24,646 nt of DNA, taken from the NCBI GenBank assembly GCA_965662845.1, contig CBFIJD010000042.1, positions 1-24,646 of the forward strand, given 5' to 3'. Of the stretch, positions 1-9,104 are shown piece after piece (the first letter of the stretch is position 1; each line of letters begins with the position of its first letter). The translations under genes and the position numbers were made by a program. A model generated the notes under the pieces. That model was not told where the DNA came from. It made no database searches and worked only from the letters and a program-made list of their open reading frames with translations. The DNA comes from an uncultured bacterium (GTDB lineage: Bacteria; SAR324; NAC60-12).

Positions 1-57
1 AAAGTCTTCATCGTGCAAGAGCTTGGCAGAGGTCGCCGCACAGCTACGGTGACAAGT

Positions 58-85
58 GGTTTGAGATCGCAACCGATCCCAAACC
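58..85 (-). terminator. Stem-loop just after the kinase stop codon (possible terminator)
   Basis: Minus strand GGTTTGGGATCG-GTTG-CGATCTCAAACC forms a 12-bp stem with one G-U pair, 3 nt after the stop at 89. The U-tract is weak (ACTTGT). Confidence 0.5.
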
Positions 86-88
86 GGC

Positions 89-2863
89 TCACTCGGCCAA
101 CAGCGCTTGGAGCTCATCTAACCGAAAGGCGTGGGCGAGGGTCTCAACACGGTCGGCGAAGGGGGCCCACTCGGGGTGGGCTGCGCGCCACTCGGCAGGG
201 ACTTGCTGGATCTCTTGGATGCGTCCCAAATCCAGCATCCCACGAACACGCTGCAACTCTTCGTCAGAAGGACGCACCAAGGTGACAGGCGCCGGAGATG
301 CAGCGACAGAGTCCTCTTCATCAGCGTCCACGGAGAGCGGTTCCTGCGCGAAGGTTTTTTGTTCAGGGACTGCGCACAAGACATCAAATCGAAACGTAGA
401 GCCTGCTCCGATCTCGCTTTCCACGCTAATGCTCCCGCCCATCAACTCGACGAGCTGCGCACAGATGGCTAGGCCGAGTCCGGTGCCCGCGTGCTTTGTA
501 CGCGCATCGCCCACCTGCTGAAACGCCGCAAACACCTGCTTTTGATCTTCGGGCGAAATGCCCCGTCCGGTGTCGCGGACTTCTACAAACAGGCGCCCTT
601 GGTCAAAGTGCGCGCGCCAAGCGACCTCTCCTTGTTGGGTAAACTTGATGGCGTTGCTGAGTAAATTCAGGAGGATTTGCCGCAAGAGTTTGGGGTCGAA
701 CTCTGCGACCGAAGGCACCGAAATGTCGGCGGAGACGCTGAAGTTGAGCCCTTTTTCATGAGCGCGCGGCTCCAGCATGTGATGCACTTGGGTGAGGAAG
801 TCGCGCAGACGAACGGTCTCAGGCGCTAACTCGGTGCGTCGGGCCTCCAGTTTGGAGAGGTCTAAGATGTCATTGATCAGCGTCAGCAAATGCTCGCCGC
901 TCTCATACATGACGTCGACGCGATGGCGCACATCGGGCGACAGATCGGGGCGCCTTTGCAGACTTTGCGCGTAGCCCATGATGGAGTTGAGCGGTGTCCG
1001 CAGCTCGTGGCTCATCATGGCGAGGAAGGTGCTTTTGGCTTGATGGGCCGCTTCAGCGGTTTGGCGGGCCTCGCGCAGCTCATCAATTTTGATGTGGGTG
1101 CCCACCATGCGCAGCGGAGAACCGTCTTCCGCACGCGCGACGACCTTCCCGCGTCCCAAAATCCAGCTCCACCCTTCGTCAGCACGCTTCAGACGAAACT
1201 CTACGGAATATTCCGCGCCGCTCTCAAAGTGTGCCTGCACCGCCGCCTTGACCCGCGCTCGATCGTCAGGGTGCAAACGCGAGAACAGCGCTTGCGGAGT
1301 CGGCTCCCACGCATCGGGCTCATAGCCCGCCATCGCGAGCAACTCGGTGCTGTAATACACCTGTTCTTTGGGAATGACCCAATCCCACAGGCCTGTGGCC
1401 GAGCTCTGTAGCGCGGTGCGAAGCCGGTCTTCGGTGATGAAGCGGTCGGTGACATCGTGAATGATGGAATAGAGCAGCGGGCGCCCTTGGCTGATCACGG
1501 GCCCAGAGTAGACCTCCACATGACGAATGTCGCCGTTGGCGAGGCGGTGCTGAAACTGAAAATACAGCCGGTCTTCTTGACGTGCCCGCTCCATTTCGGC
1601 CTGCACCTCTGCGGGAGGCAGAGTGTTGATGTCTTGAATCCGCATGCGGGCAAGCTCGTCGCAACGGTAGCCATAAAACTCACAGGCGGCGGTGTTGGCT
1701 TCGACGATGTTTCCTGTCTGTGGGTCAATCAACAGTTTGACGGCTTTGTTGGTCTCAAAATATTGGCGATACCGCGCCTCGCTCTCGTTCAGCTGGGTGG
1801 CTTGTTCGGTGAGTTGACGTTGCAGGTAGCGGCTGTTGAAACGCAAACCGAACAGCAGCAGCGCCTCCAAGCCCACAAACAAGAGCGCGGCTAAGCCCCA
1901 GTTGCGCTCGAGAATGCGCGCAAGCGTTGCGCTCTTTTCGCTCAGATTGATCCGCACCAAGACCTGCCCTTGCTGCGTTTGCGTTGGGAGGGCCGCTGGG
2001 AGCGCGAACACGCCAAGCAGCCAGTCCTCTCTTTGTTGTCGCACCAGCGTCCAAGGCTGCTCTGCGTTTAGCGGGTGGGCGCTCATCAGAGGCAACGCTT
2101 CCTCGGCCAACGGGTCATTGCTGGCTTCGATCATCCACCCGTCGTGGGTGAAAGCGTCGGGATTCACCACGCTCTTCAGGCTGGCAGGCAAAATGATGGT
2201 GTAGTGGACGTCTCCCAACGCATTGTCGCGGAGCCGTTCGGTGACCGCCGAAGCCGCCAATCCGGCCTCGAGTGTGCCCACAAAATGTCGCTGTTGGGTG
2301 GAGTACTCTTCATGAAAAATCGGCACGACGGCTCGCAGACCGTGCGCAAATTTGCCCATCTCAAAGCCGGTCAAGGCTTCTTGTCGTTGCTGTGCGGCCA
2401 AGACCAAGGGGCGCGCCTCTCGCAGGGAGTCGCTGTGTTTCTCTGGAAGATGAAACCGCACAAAGGAGCGAGTGTCCGGGAACTGGAAGTGCAGTAGGCG
2501 CCCTTGAAATTTTTGCGTGAGGACGTTCCAGCCGGGGCCGATGTCATACAGCAGCTGCTCTCGCAGGGTTTGTACGCGCTCAGGGTGGTTGGCCTGCTGC
2601 GCTCGCCAAGCACGAGAGACCACATCGGTGGTGAGTGGGTTCGCTAAGATGTAGGTCGTGATCTGCATCAGAAACTCTTCGGTGTCCCGTTGCACGATCG
2701 CGAAATCTTGCCGGCGTTCCTGAAAGTCAGCGGCGACGGATGCGTGAAACCGTTGGACTTGTCCGGCGTTGATGAACTGCGTGGTGGCGCCTACCAGCAG
2801 CGCTACGAGCAAGGAGAGGAACAGCGGCAGGCGCCATCGTCTCTGCGGAGAGGCGTTGGACAT
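89..2863 (-). CDS. Membrane sensor histidine kinase (TM-Cache-TM-PAS-PAS-HisKA-HATPase_c, helical C-tail, no receiver)
   Basis: Two hydrophobic segments flank a Cache_3-like region (SFVRFHLPEKHSD...GFEMGKFAHGLRAVVPIF). Two PAS domains follow (IVEANTAACEFYGY; GLWDW...WSWILGRG). H-box FLAMMSHELRTPLN, N-box NLLSNAIKFT, G1 DTGRGI, G2 GTGLGL. Confidence 0.95.
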   Translation of the reverse strand: MSNASPQRRWRLPLFLSLLVALLVGATTQFINAGQVQRFHASVAADFQERRQDFAIVQRDTEEFLMQITTYILANPLTTDVVSRAWRAQQANHPERVQTLREQLLYDIGPGWNVLTQKFQGRLLHFQFPDTRSFVRFHLPEKHSDSLREARPLVLAAQQRQEALTGFEMGKFAHGLRAVVPIFHEEYSTQQRHFVGTLEAGLAASAVTERLRDNALGDVHYTIILPASLKSVVNPDAFTHDGWMIEASNDPLAEEALPLMSAHPLNAEQPWTLVRQQREDWLLGVFALPAALPTQTQQGQVLVRINLSEKSATLARILERNWGLAALLFVGLEALLLFGLRFNSRYLQRQLTEQATQLNESEARYRQYFETNKAVKLLIDPQTGNIVEANTAACEFYGYRCDELARMRIQDINTLPPAEVQAEMERARQEDRLYFQFQHRLANGDIRHVEVYSGPVISQGRPLLYSIIHDVTDRFITEDRLRTALQSSATGLWDWVIPKEQVYYSTELLAMAGYEPDAWEPTPQALFSRLHPDDRARVKAAVQAHFESGAEYSVEFRLKRADEGWSWILGRGKVVARAEDGSPLRMVGTHIKIDELREARQTAEAAHQAKSTFLAMMSHELRTPLNSIMGYAQSLQRRPDLSPDVRHRVDVMYESGEHLLTLINDILDLSKLEARRTELAPETVRLRDFLTQVHHMLEPRAHEKGLNFSVSADISVPSVAEFDPKLLRQILLNLLSNAIKFTQQGEVAWRAHFDQGRLFVEVRDTGRGISPEDQKQVFAAFQQVGDARTKHAGTGLGLAICAQLVELMGGSISVESEIGAGSTFRFDVLCAVPEQKTFAQEPLSVDADEEDSVAASPAPVTLVRPSDEELQRVRGMLDLGRIQEIQQVPAEWRAAHPEWAPFADRVETLAHAFRLDELQALLAE

Positions 2864-2865
2864 GC

Positions 2866-5544
2866 TTACGTTGTGGGGTTGGTGGCGACGGCAGGAAAAT
2901 AAAGCGTGAAGCTGGAGCCAGCTCCGACTTCGCTGGAGAACTCAATCTTGCCGAGGTGCTCTTCCATCACGCGTTTTGCCATGGCCAAGCCGAGGCCGAT
3001 TCCTTTTTCGCCCCGTTTCGTCGTGAAGAAGGGTTCAAAGAGTTTCTGCTGCACATGCTCGCTCATGCCAATTCCCGAGTCAGTCAATTCGAGCAAGACC
3101 CAGATGGATTGAGAGCGAATGCGCAAGCTGAGTTGACGCTGCACCATCGACTCCATGGCGTCGGCTGCGTTTTGGATCAACTGGGCAAGGACTTGCTCAA
3201 TTTGTTGCACACAGAGGTGGCACGGGGGCAGCTCGGGTTGCGCGTGATAGTGCACCTCGACTTCTAAGTTATCGAGCATGGCACGCTGCTGCATCAGCAC
3301 GCGCTCCACGATCGACGAGAGCTGTCCCCACTCTCGGACAGGGTCTTCAATCCGGCGTTGAAACGCGATCATCCGGTCGACTAGCTCATACATTCGGTCT
3401 GCGCTTTGGCGGACTTCATCAATGCGTCGGGCGTTCAGTCGTTGGTGCTGTTGTTGTTCTTGTTGCAGCAGATCCATTTTCAGGCGCAGCCCCTTGAGCG
3501 GCTCGGTGAGGGCATAGGTCACGCTGGCAGCGGTCTCGCTGACGCTGGTGAGCCAGACCAAGTTCTCTTCTAGGTCGCGCGTGTCTTTTTGGTCGTGGAT
3601 GTTTTCCAGCTGCAGCAACACAAACTGCAGGTGACCGTGCTCGTCGGGCACAGCGGTCATACTCTGCCGCGCCCACAAGATGCTGTGATCGTGGCGGCGA
3701 TAGCGAATCGAGCACTGGAAGCGTTGCAAGCTGTGCTTCTCAAAGCGCAAGAACAGCCGTTGACTCATCCGGACTTCTTGCGCGTGCACGAGCGTGTGGA
3801 TGGAGTGATTTTCTAGCGCGGGGTGGCCCAGCATGGCATAGAGCCGTGGGTTCGCATAGGTGATTTTTCCCTGCGGATCGACCAGCGCGACGCCTTGATA
3901 AGCATGCTGGATCGCTTGCAGAAAGCGTTGTTCGGAGCCGGCCACTTCTTGCTGTTGTTGGCGCAGGCGCTCCTCGGCTTCGATTTGAGGGCGAATGTCT
4001 TCGAGGTGGGTGATGATGAACAGCAAGTGCCCCGTTTCCCCAAAAGCGCCAGAGAGGCTCGCTCTTGTCCAGAGCAAGCCCCCGTCTTTGCGCCGAAAGC
4101 GCACTTGAAGTTGGAAGTGGTCTCGCCGCCCTTCCCCCACCCGAAAGAGCTGCCGCTCCAGCTCGCCCATGTCTTCGCTGTATGCCAAGTCTTGCATCCG
4201 TTGTCCTTGCAGCGACTCTTGCCCCAGCATCGTGTGGCTCGCGGCGTTGGCAAAGAAGATGTGTCCAAACGGGTCGTGAATCAAGATGCCGTGATAGGCC
4301 CGCTCAAAGGCGAGCGACAAGCGTTTCTCGCTGACGCGCAGCCGCTCATTGACGGTCCTCAGCTTTTCATAGCCCGTCTTGAGGTCGGTAATGTCTGTGT
4401 GCAGGCCGACAAAGCGCACCGGTTTGCCTTCAGCGTCAAAGGTCGCGGTGCCCCGCGAGAGAATCCAGGCGTAGTAGCCGGTCTTGCGACGCATCCGATA
4501 TTCGATGTTGTACTGAGCGATCTCGTGGTTGAGATACATCTCCATGCGCTGCAAGACTTCTGGGCGATCTTCGGGATGCAAAAGCGCGCGATGGGCGTCA
4601 ATGCGATCGGGCAATTCATCTAGGAGATAGCCCAACATTTCACGATAGCGACCGTTGCACGAGAACGCGCCGGTCTGCAGGTCCCACTCCCACAAGCCGT
4701 CACGCGAACCTTCGAGCACAAGGCGATAGGAGTCCAGCGAGTGGTCGACCTCGCTCTGTAGCGCGGCGCTCTCGCTCAAGTCTACGAAGGTCACCAGCAT
4801 GCTCTCCACAGAGGAATAGACAAAGCGTTGCGCTCGGAAGAGGACCGGGATGACGTGATGCGTCGCGTTGTGGATCATCAGCTCCATCTCTTCGTGCTCG
4901 CCTTGCGTGCGCACGGTCTGGAGTAAGTCGGCGAGGTTGAAACGCAACCAGACGTCCAGACTCTCACCGCTGCTGTCCTCATTTGTTGTCTGGAGCAAGT
5001 GCTCTGCTGCTGGATTCATCCAATACACGGCGCCTTCGCGCAGGCTGACAATCAACACGGCGATTGGCAGGGACTCTAAAATGGACGACAAATCTTGGCG
5101 GCTGGTGCGCAACTCCTGCTGGCTTTGGTGCAGCCGCGTCATATCTTCAAACACGGAGCGCACGCCGACGATCTGATCTTCTTTGTCTCGCATGGCCTCC
5201 ACGCGCACTCTGCAAATCATTCCGTGCTCGTGCTGCACTTCGGCGACGTAAGTGGCTCCGTCTTGCAACACCTGCTGTTTGCGTGCGTGCAATTCTGCAT
5301 GTGCCGAGAGGTCGTGGTAGGGCGAAGCGGCGATGACCTGCGCGACGTCTAGCTCTGGTGTTTGCGAATGGCAGACGGCTCCGCCTGGCTGCAGCAATCG
5401 CAATAATTGGAAGTTGGTGTCTTCTTCGAGCACTAAGGGCAGCGGATAATCTTTGGAGGCATTGTTGATGTGCGTCCACTGCCAGATGGGCGCGGTGTGG
5501 GGAGGAGTCATGTGTGCATTTGCATTGCTGATTAGGGGCGACAT
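2866..5544 (-). CDS. Cytoplasmic multi-PAS histidine kinase-like protein with degenerate H-box (probable pseudokinase)
   Basis: About 4-5 PAS domains (e.g. DGLWEWDL...YAWILSRG). NtrB-type HATPase: QLIQNAADAM, DSGIGM, LFEPFFTTK, GIGLGL. The H-box position reads SETAASVTYALTEPL. Start is uncertain (ATG 5544 or 5511); the ORF-track start at 5631 overlaps the divergent gene. Confidence 0.88.
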   Translation of the reverse strand: MSPLISNANAHMTPPHTAPIWQWTHINNASKDYPLPLVLEEDTNFQLLRLLQPGGAVCHSQTPELDVAQVIAASPYHDLSAHAELHARKQQVLQDGATYVAEVQHEHGMICRVRVEAMRDKEDQIVGVRSVFEDMTRLHQSQQELRTSRQDLSSILESLPIAVLIVSLREGAVYWMNPAAEHLLQTTNEDSSGESLDVWLRFNLADLLQTVRTQGEHEEMELMIHNATHHVIPVLFRAQRFVYSSVESMLVTFVDLSESAALQSEVDHSLDSYRLVLEGSRDGLWEWDLQTGAFSCNGRYREMLGYLLDELPDRIDAHRALLHPEDRPEVLQRMEMYLNHEIAQYNIEYRMRRKTGYYAWILSRGTATFDAEGKPVRFVGLHTDITDLKTGYEKLRTVNERLRVSEKRLSLAFERAYHGILIHDPFGHIFFANAASHTMLGQESLQGQRMQDLAYSEDMGELERQLFRVGEGRRDHFQLQVRFRRKDGGLLWTRASLSGAFGETGHLLFIITHLEDIRPQIEAEERLRQQQQEVAGSEQRFLQAIQHAYQGVALVDPQGKITYANPRLYAMLGHPALENHSIHTLVHAQEVRMSQRLFLRFEKHSLQRFQCSIRYRRHDHSILWARQSMTAVPDEHGHLQFVLLQLENIHDQKDTRDLEENLVWLTSVSETAASVTYALTEPLKGLRLKMDLLQQEQQQHQRLNARRIDEVRQSADRMYELVDRMIAFQRRIEDPVREWGQLSSIVERVLMQQRAMLDNLEVEVHYHAQPELPPCHLCVQQIEQVLAQLIQNAADAMESMVQRQLSLRIRSQSIWVLLELTDSGIGMSEHVQQKLFEPFFTTKRGEKGIGLGLAMAKRVMEEHLGKIEFSSEVGAGSSFTLYFPAVATNPTT

Positions 5545-5610
5545 GGGTACACAAAGCAGTTTTTCGCGCAAACCTAGCAGCCGGCTTGGAGACATACAAA
5601 AGGAAAGTGC

Positions 5611-6855
5611 ATGATTCGAACAACACTGCAATTTGAGGCCCCTGCGCGGCGCGTGCTGTGGTGTGGTGGGGTGCTCGTTGCGCTGAGTATGGGGCTGCGA
5701 CAGAGCTTTGGGTTGCTGATGGAGCCGCTGACCACGACGTTAGCAATCGACCGCAGCACCTTCAGCTTGGCGATTGCCTGGCAAAATCTCATGCTTGCGT
5801 TTCCGCTGGTGGGTTGGCTGACCGAGCGCCTCGGCTTTCGCTGGGTGGGGCTGGTCGGTGCCGGTTTGTATGTGGTGGGGCTCTGGCAGGCGAGCAGCGT
5901 GGTGGCGAGCGGCGAGTTCTTCTGGTGGTTTGGGCTCGATCTCGGGCTGGCCTTGAGCATGACCACGTACGTCGTGGTCCTCGGAGCCGTGGGACAGGTC
6001 GTCTCGCCATCGCAGCGAGGGGCTGCGTTTGGGCTGATCACAGCGGCCGGCTCTTTTGGCATGTTTGCGTTGGTGCCGCTCACGCAAGGGGTGATTTCGG
6101 TGTTGGACTGGCGGGGCAGCCTCGCTGCTCAGAGCGTGCTTGCGTTGCTGATGTTTGGTTTGGCATGGCAGCTTCCCGGCCGAGGTCTGGGCCATCGTGA
6201 TCCAGTCGTCACTCCTGATCAGGAGACGCTGCCCTTGTGGGAGACCGTGCGGGGGGCCTTGCGCGATTCCAGCTATTGGATGTTGATCGGGGGCTTCTTT
6301 GTGTGTGGTTTTCATGTGGCGTTCATCGCGACCCACTTGCCGGCGTTTCTGCGCGAAGAAGGCGTCGAGGGCTGGGCTTCGGCGACGGCGTTGTCGTTGA
6401 TTGGGCTCTTCAATATCGGCGGTTCTCTGTGGTTTGGGAGGCTAGGCGATCGCTGGCGCAAGCGGCACCTGTTGAGTGTGCTCTATCTGCTGCGTGCGGT
6501 AGTGATCGGGAGCTTCTTGTGGTTTCCGCTGCACAACACGACCGCGCTGCTGTTTGGCGCGAGTATCGGCTTTTTGTGGCTCGCGACGGTTCCCCTCACG
6601 AGTGGGTTGGTGGCGCAGATGTTCGGCGTGCGTCACCTCTCGATGCTCTATGGACTGGTCTTTCTCGGACACCAAGTTGGGGCGTCGCTGGGAGTGTGGC
6701 TCGGAGGGGTGGTCTATGACCAAACGGGTAGCTATGAGCCCGTGTGGATCGGAGCGATTGTGCTGAGTCTGCTCTCGGCGACTTTGCATGTCCCGGTGCG
6801 AGACCACTTGCGCACCAACGCGGATCTGCAACCGCGACCTCTGGGCAGTGTGTGA
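5611..6855 (+). CDS. MFS transporter
   Basis: 414 aa with about 12 hydrophobic segments. Motif-A-like GWLTERLGFR and GRLGDRWRKR; family motif GFFVCGFHVAFIATHLP. AAGGAAAG upstream of the ATG. Confidence 0.93.
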   Translation: MIRTTLQFEAPARRVLWCGGVLVALSMGLRQSFGLLMEPLTTTLAIDRSTFSLAIAWQNLMLAFPLVGWLTERLGFRWVGLVGAGLYVVGLWQASSVVASGEFFWWFGLDLGLALSMTTYVVVLGAVGQVVSPSQRGAAFGLITAAGSFGMFALVPLTQGVISVLDWRGSLAAQSVLALLMFGLAWQLPGRGLGHRDPVVTPDQETLPLWETVRGALRDSSYWMLIGGFFVCGFHVAFIATHLPAFLREEGVEGWASATALSLIGLFNIGGSLWFGRLGDRWRKRHLLSVLYLLRAVVIGSFLWFPLHNTTALLFGASIGFLWLATVPLTSGLVAQMFGVRHLSMLYGLVFLGHQVGASLGVWLGGVVYDQTGSYEPVWIGAIVLSLLSATLHVPVRDHLRTNADLQPRPLGSV

Positions 6856-6860
6856 GGAGG

Positions 6861-9062
6861 ATGATGCACAAGCGCATTCAGCGAGAGTTTTACCTCTTCA
6901 ACGTGTTTTTTGTGGTTGTGCTGGTGGTGTTCGGAGGGCTGCTGTGGTCTGCGACCAACGAAGCGAGGCAATACCAAGCGTTTCACGATCAACTGCAAGG
7001 GCTGCTGGAAAAAACACACCAGTTGCAGCGCTTGACGACCGAGATGGATCTGGTGAGCGCAGGAGAACGCGGCGTGCAGCTGTGGATTGCGCAATATCAA
7101 CAAATCGGCGACGAGCTGGAACAGTTGGTTCCGAACCCCCAAACCCCCACACGTCAACGCGAGGCCCAGCTCCGCTTCGCCACAGAGTTGCAGCAGATGC
7201 TGTCTCGCCAAGACCAGTTCATTCGGGAGTTCAGACTGCTGACGGACGACCAACTGCGCATGTCAGACCCGACGCAAATGATTTGGCAGAACCGCCTGCG
7301 GCTGAACCTGCTCGCCGAGACGACCTCCCTCTTGGACACCACCCACCACATCTATCAGCAGAGCCAATATCAGATGGTGGAGATGCAGCGCGCCCGCTTT
7401 CAGTCCATGGCGATTGGAGGAGCGGTGTTTGCGCTGGTGTTGCTGTATTTCGGTTTCTGGTTTCGGCGCCGGATTGTGTCCCCTCTGCAACGTCTGCAAG
7501 AAGGCGTGACTGCCGTGAAACAGGGATCTGACGACTTTCGGATCGCCGACCTCTCTGCCGATGAAATGGGCGCCCTCGCGCAGTCTCTCAACGAGATGCT
7601 CGACCGCTTGCAAGCCAGCCACGAGCAGCTGGAGCTGGGCATGCAAGAGCGGCTGCAACAAGTGCGCTTGATGGGGCGAGTGTTTGAGAACTTGCCCACG
7701 GGAATCTATGCCTATGAATGGGATGGACACGACCTGATCATGCGGCTGGCGAATCAAAGCGCTGACAAAATCATCGGACAATTTCACTGCGTGTATCTAG
7801 GGAAGCCCATGCATGAGATCTTCCCTGCGCTGATGAACACAGAGATCCCCGCCAACTTTCAGCGAGTGGCCGTAGAAGGCGGCGTGTGGACGCATGAGCA
7901 CTTCTATTATGCCGATCAGCAAGTGCAGGGAGCCTTTGAGTTCGTCGCGTTCCAAGGCGCGCCCAACGAGGTGATCGTCGCGTTTCGGGATGTGACCGAG
8001 CGCGCGTTGTTCGAGCGCGAATTGAAAGAGGCGCGCGACCGCGCCGAAGCCGCCAATCTGGCCAAGAGCGAATTCTTGGGCAGCCTGAGCCACGAACTCC
8101 GCACCCCTCTGAACGCCATTATGAGCTTGAGCCAAGTGCTCGGAGAAGCCGAGCTGGAGCCCTCGCTGCACAACCACGCGGTGACCATTGAGCGCAGCGG
8201 GCAACACCTGCTGAACTTGATCAACGATTTGCTAGACACCGCACAGCTCGACATGGGGAAGGTGACCTTGCAGCTGGCCCCCACGAATCTGTGGGCGCTG
8301 TTGGAGGAGCAACGCAACCTCTTCGGCGCCCAAGCCGAGCAGAAAGGACTGCAGCTGGTGCTCGAAGTGGCCCCGAACGTCCCTCGTGTGGTGAGCATCG
8401 ATGCCGGACGTCTGCGCCAGATTTTTAGCAATCTGGTTGGAAACGCGATCAAATTTACGGCTCGCGGTAGCGTCACGTTGACGGCCCAAGTGCGGGAGTC
8501 TCCCCAGAGTGAGGAGGCGGTGCTGTTAGCGTTTACGGTGGCGGACACAGGAATCGGGATCGCTCTCAGCGACCAAGAGCGTATTTTTGAAGCCTTCACC
8601 CAAGCGAACTCGCGGCGCGACCGCAAATTTGGAGGTACGGGTCTCGGCCTCTATGTCTCCAGTCGCTTGGCGCATTTGATGGGAGGCACCCTCACGTTAG
8701 AGAGCAGCGAGGGACAAGGCTCTCGCTTTACGCTTCAACTGTCAGCACAGCGGGACGCGATGGAAGCCTCTGCTGAAGAACCGGAGGCCCTCGTAGATCG
8801 GGTCGCTGCGACGGCTGAGGTCTCTCTCGCTGACGTGGCGTTGCCCGAACACCTGCGTGCGCTGCTGCCGAAAGGCTCGCGAGTGCTCGACCTCAGCCGG
8901 TTGGAGACCTTTGCCAAGCAGCTGCACGCATGGTCCAAAGAAACTGCGCAGACTGACTTGCAGACGCATGCCACAGAGCTGTTAGACGCCACCGAAGCCT
9001 GTGACATTGGCCGCATCCAAACCCTGTTAGAGCGACTGTTTCCTGAAACAACCGCCGAATGA
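6861..9062 (+). CDS. Membrane sensor histidine kinase (TM-helical periplasmic-TM-HAMP-PAS-HisKA-HATPase_c, helical C-tail, no receiver)
   Basis: GAGGAGG at 6854-6860 precedes ATGATG (start 6861 or 6864). HAMP: PLQRL...DEMGALAQSLNEM. H-box FLGSLSHELRTPLN, N-box NLVGNAIKFT, DTGIGI, GGTGLGL. Confidence 0.94.
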   Translation: MMHKRIQREFYLFNVFFVVVLVVFGGLLWSATNEARQYQAFHDQLQGLLEKTHQLQRLTTEMDLVSAGERGVQLWIAQYQQIGDELEQLVPNPQTPTRQREAQLRFATELQQMLSRQDQFIREFRLLTDDQLRMSDPTQMIWQNRLRLNLLAETTSLLDTTHHIYQQSQYQMVEMQRARFQSMAIGGAVFALVLLYFGFWFRRRIVSPLQRLQEGVTAVKQGSDDFRIADLSADEMGALAQSLNEMLDRLQASHEQLELGMQERLQQVRLMGRVFENLPTGIYAYEWDGHDLIMRLANQSADKIIGQFHCVYLGKPMHEIFPALMNTEIPANFQRVAVEGGVWTHEHFYYADQQVQGAFEFVAFQGAPNEVIVAFRDVTERALFERELKEARDRAEAANLAKSEFLGSLSHELRTPLNAIMSLSQVLGEAELEPSLHNHAVTIERSGQHLLNLINDLLDTAQLDMGKVTLQLAPTNLWALLEEQRNLFGAQAEQKGLQLVLEVAPNVPRVVSIDAGRLRQIFSNLVGNAIKFTARGSVTLTAQVRESPQSEEAVLLAFTVADTGIGIALSDQERIFEAFTQANSRRDRKFGGTGLGLYVSSRLAHLMGGTLTLESSEGQGSRFTLQLSAQRDAMEASAEEPEALVDRVAATAEVSLADVALPEHLRALLPKGSRVLDLSRLETFAKQLHAWSKETAQTDLQTHATELLDATEACDIGRIQTLLERLFPETTAE

Positions 9063-9104
9063 AACCTTTTTGAAACAACCAAACGCCCAACGGAGAGAGA
9101 GAGT

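Noticed and set aside
5545..5631. ORF-track N-terminal extension of the multi-PAS protein
   Set aside because: It overlaps the divergent MFS start and leaves no promoter space; ATG 5544 or 5511 is more plausible.
6744..6860. ORF-track extension of the HAMP kinase
   Set aside because: It lies inside the MFS gene; a strong SD supports 6861 or 6864.
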